From: Eledone cirrhosa
Lineage: Eukaryota
Length of the DNA stretch: 64,000 nt
NCBI GenBank assembly: GCA_964016885.1
Contig: OZ024741.1
Span: 128,526,001-128,590,000, forward strand
Direction: 5' to 3'
The notes under the pieces are model-generated. The model was not told where the DNA came from, made no database searches, and was given only the letters and a program-made list of their open reading frames with translations. A program made the position numbers and the translations under genes. Positions 61,896-64,000 of this stretch are shown here, piece by piece. The first letter of the stretch is position 1. Every line of letters begins with the position of its first letter.

Positions 61896-62234
61896 TTATA
61901 TAGTAGATGCATGTGTTATTGTAGTGGCAAACCATTCCCGAACAAAATCTATCCTCTATTCTCTATTTGTGTTCCTGTTATACAAAATGGTTGACAAATT
62001 CAGCTCTTGATAGAAGAAATCAGCCACAGGCGTTGCACCTCAATTCCTGCTGGACTTTTGCAGACACTGCACTTAGGGCCCCCTTATGGAATGAACGCTT
62101 CAAAGCATCATGGCCCACTCGTCTTTTCTTAAAGACATTACATTCGTACTTGCTGATCATTCTCTACTATGTACGGCATTCAGTTCTCCCTATCAATCTT
62201 CAGAACTTTAAGATTCTCGGTTATGACATTCCTA

Positions 62235-62970
62235 AACCTGTACCCACTCTGTTCTCCATCTACTTCGCCATGCTACTGGCATATGCCTTCCAAGACTTTG
62301 TATCTTGTATACTTGTGATGTAGAACCACTGGCAAAGTCTTTAATCTAAGCACTCTTGTCAGGGAGTTCTTTATACTGATGATGCATATATTGTGACAAA
62401 CACTGCAGAGGACATGCAGTTGATATTGAATAACTTATTCGATGCATGCACTGCGTGTGGGTTAAATATAAGCATAAAAAGACTGAGAGGAAAAAAGACT
62501 TGAGATGGTGGGAAAGCTTTGTGTCGCTCAGAAGTATAGTTAGTAGAGGATGTTTGAAAATAAAATTACAGGATTGCGAAAGCGAGTCATGCCTTCTGGA
62601 AGCCTAAGAAGCCTGTCTGATCAGATCGGAGTATCGTGCAAAAAAAACAAATCTCTGTGTATTAGGGCCTGTGTTCTTAAAGTCCTGCTACAACGGATGC
62701 GAAAACGTGGATAACTTCTATCAGGCAACAAGGAAAAATATCAACGGCATTGTAGCCGACGCATCCTGAACATCAAGTGGTCCTCTTACCACACCTAAAG
62801 GTGCTGTACTTGAGAAAAGCCGGGAGCACCAGTTTTGAGAGGAAAAGTATTATGAACCAAATGCGTTTGAGTGGGTCATGTGGGTCATAGTGGAAGGACG
62901 GAAGGCTGCCTAAACTGTTATATTTAAGAGCTGGACCGGAGGAAAGAGCCACACCATATACCATAAACCA
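62235..62970 (+). pseudogene. Heavily decayed RTE RT fragment
   Basis: PTLFSIYFAMLL..AF, a Y(T)DDA catalytic-motif remnant at ~62372, and a later GRLPKLL-like motif. Confidence 0.65.
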
Positions 62971-63166
62971 AAGCAAACATACATACATACATACATACAT
63001 ACATACATACATACATACATACATACATGCATGCATGCATGCATGCCATGGCATGCATACATACATGACATACATACATACCATACATACAATACATACA
63101 TGACATGCATGCATGCATGCAATGCATGCATGCATGCATACATGCATACATACATACATACATACA

Positions 63167-63195
<29 letters not shown>

Positions 63196-63197
<2 letters not shown>

Positions 63198-63612
63198 TGT
63201 AGTTTGGGGACCACGCATTGAAAACGTGTTCTGTTGTGGAGATCAGCTGCCCACTTGATGTAAAACGTTGTCAGAAAAAATACAGGAGAAGGAGGACATC
63301 TACGGACCATTGATGAGGAGTTTACAAATCCAGTATCCAAGAGACACCTTTAGCTTCATACCCATCATTATTGGTGCTTACGGGTTATATACCAACCCGC
63401 TTGGACCAAAGTATGACTGAAACTTGGATTTGCGGACAAAAAGCGCAGCTCCCTAATTCATAGTCTACAAATGGCTGCGATAGCTGGCACCTTCAAAATT
63501 TGCAAAACATTCTTGCGATTCAAGGGATGACAATTTCTTTTCTTTTACAAACCTTGCCACCAGGAAGGTGGCCGGTCAAAAAAAATATACTCGAAATTAA
63601 GAGAAAGAGAAA
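63196..63612 (+). mobile_element. R4/Dong-like LINE 3' end (restriction-like endonuclease domain)
   Basis: With frameshifts reads IVVWD..KTCSVVEISCPLD.NV..K..EKEDIYGPL...FIPIIIGAYG; (CATA)n on both sides. Confidence 0.8.
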
Positions 63613-63629
63613 ACATACATACATACATA

Positions 63630-63940
63630 AGGAAAATTACAAGTATAATCCATTAATGGAACAGTAAAAATATGTAAAACATTTCAAAAAATGTTGCATC
63701 TAATAACTGCATATACACATGTACAGATGCAAAGCATATACACATGCACACATACAACTCAAAACATCCACACCCCACACATACAATAACATCCATATCT
63801 ACACATGCATACATACATATCTACCTAGTTGATGTTGTGTAAATTCCAATGAGAGAGTCTTGTGTCTATGTTAGAAACCGACTCTCTCTCTCTATTGGTA
63901 AAACTTTGTGAAATTATAAAAACCAGAAGAACATACATAC
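63630..63940 (+). repeat. Second copy of the 4891-5210 repeat
   Basis: Colinear; ends in (CATA)n. Confidence 0.8.
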
Positions 63941-64000
63941 GTACATACGTACATACGTACATACATACATACATACATACATACATACATACATACATAC

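Overview
AT-rich, microsatellite-saturated eukaryotic non-coding DNA; the repeat families suggest an octopus/cephalopod genome (inference). No host gene can be called confidently, and nearly all listed ORFs are translations of (TA)n, (CA)n, (CATA)n or (GA)n tracts. Recognisable parts are decayed transposons: an R4/Dong-type RLE LINE in (CATA)n, Tx1/L1-type LINE 3' ends in (TCTA)n, RTE LINEs, a non-autonomous Helitron, Penelope-like element (PLE) GIY-YIG and RT fragments, hAT and Tc1/mariner MITEs, and two tRNA-derived SINE families. The main finding is about 40 short (100-650 bp) elements of at least 7 sequence families, mostly embedded in (TA)n. They carry complete or half type I hammerhead ribozymes (CTGANGA...GAAA...NUH with pairing stems) and often form head-to-head palindromes with a fixed arm/tail boundary. 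Five families share a TACTC...GAGTRC tail hairpin, and several loci fuse two different families. I interpret them as PLE pseudo-LTR-derived insertions. Family letters A-G are my own labels; coordinates were read by eye and may be off by a few bases.
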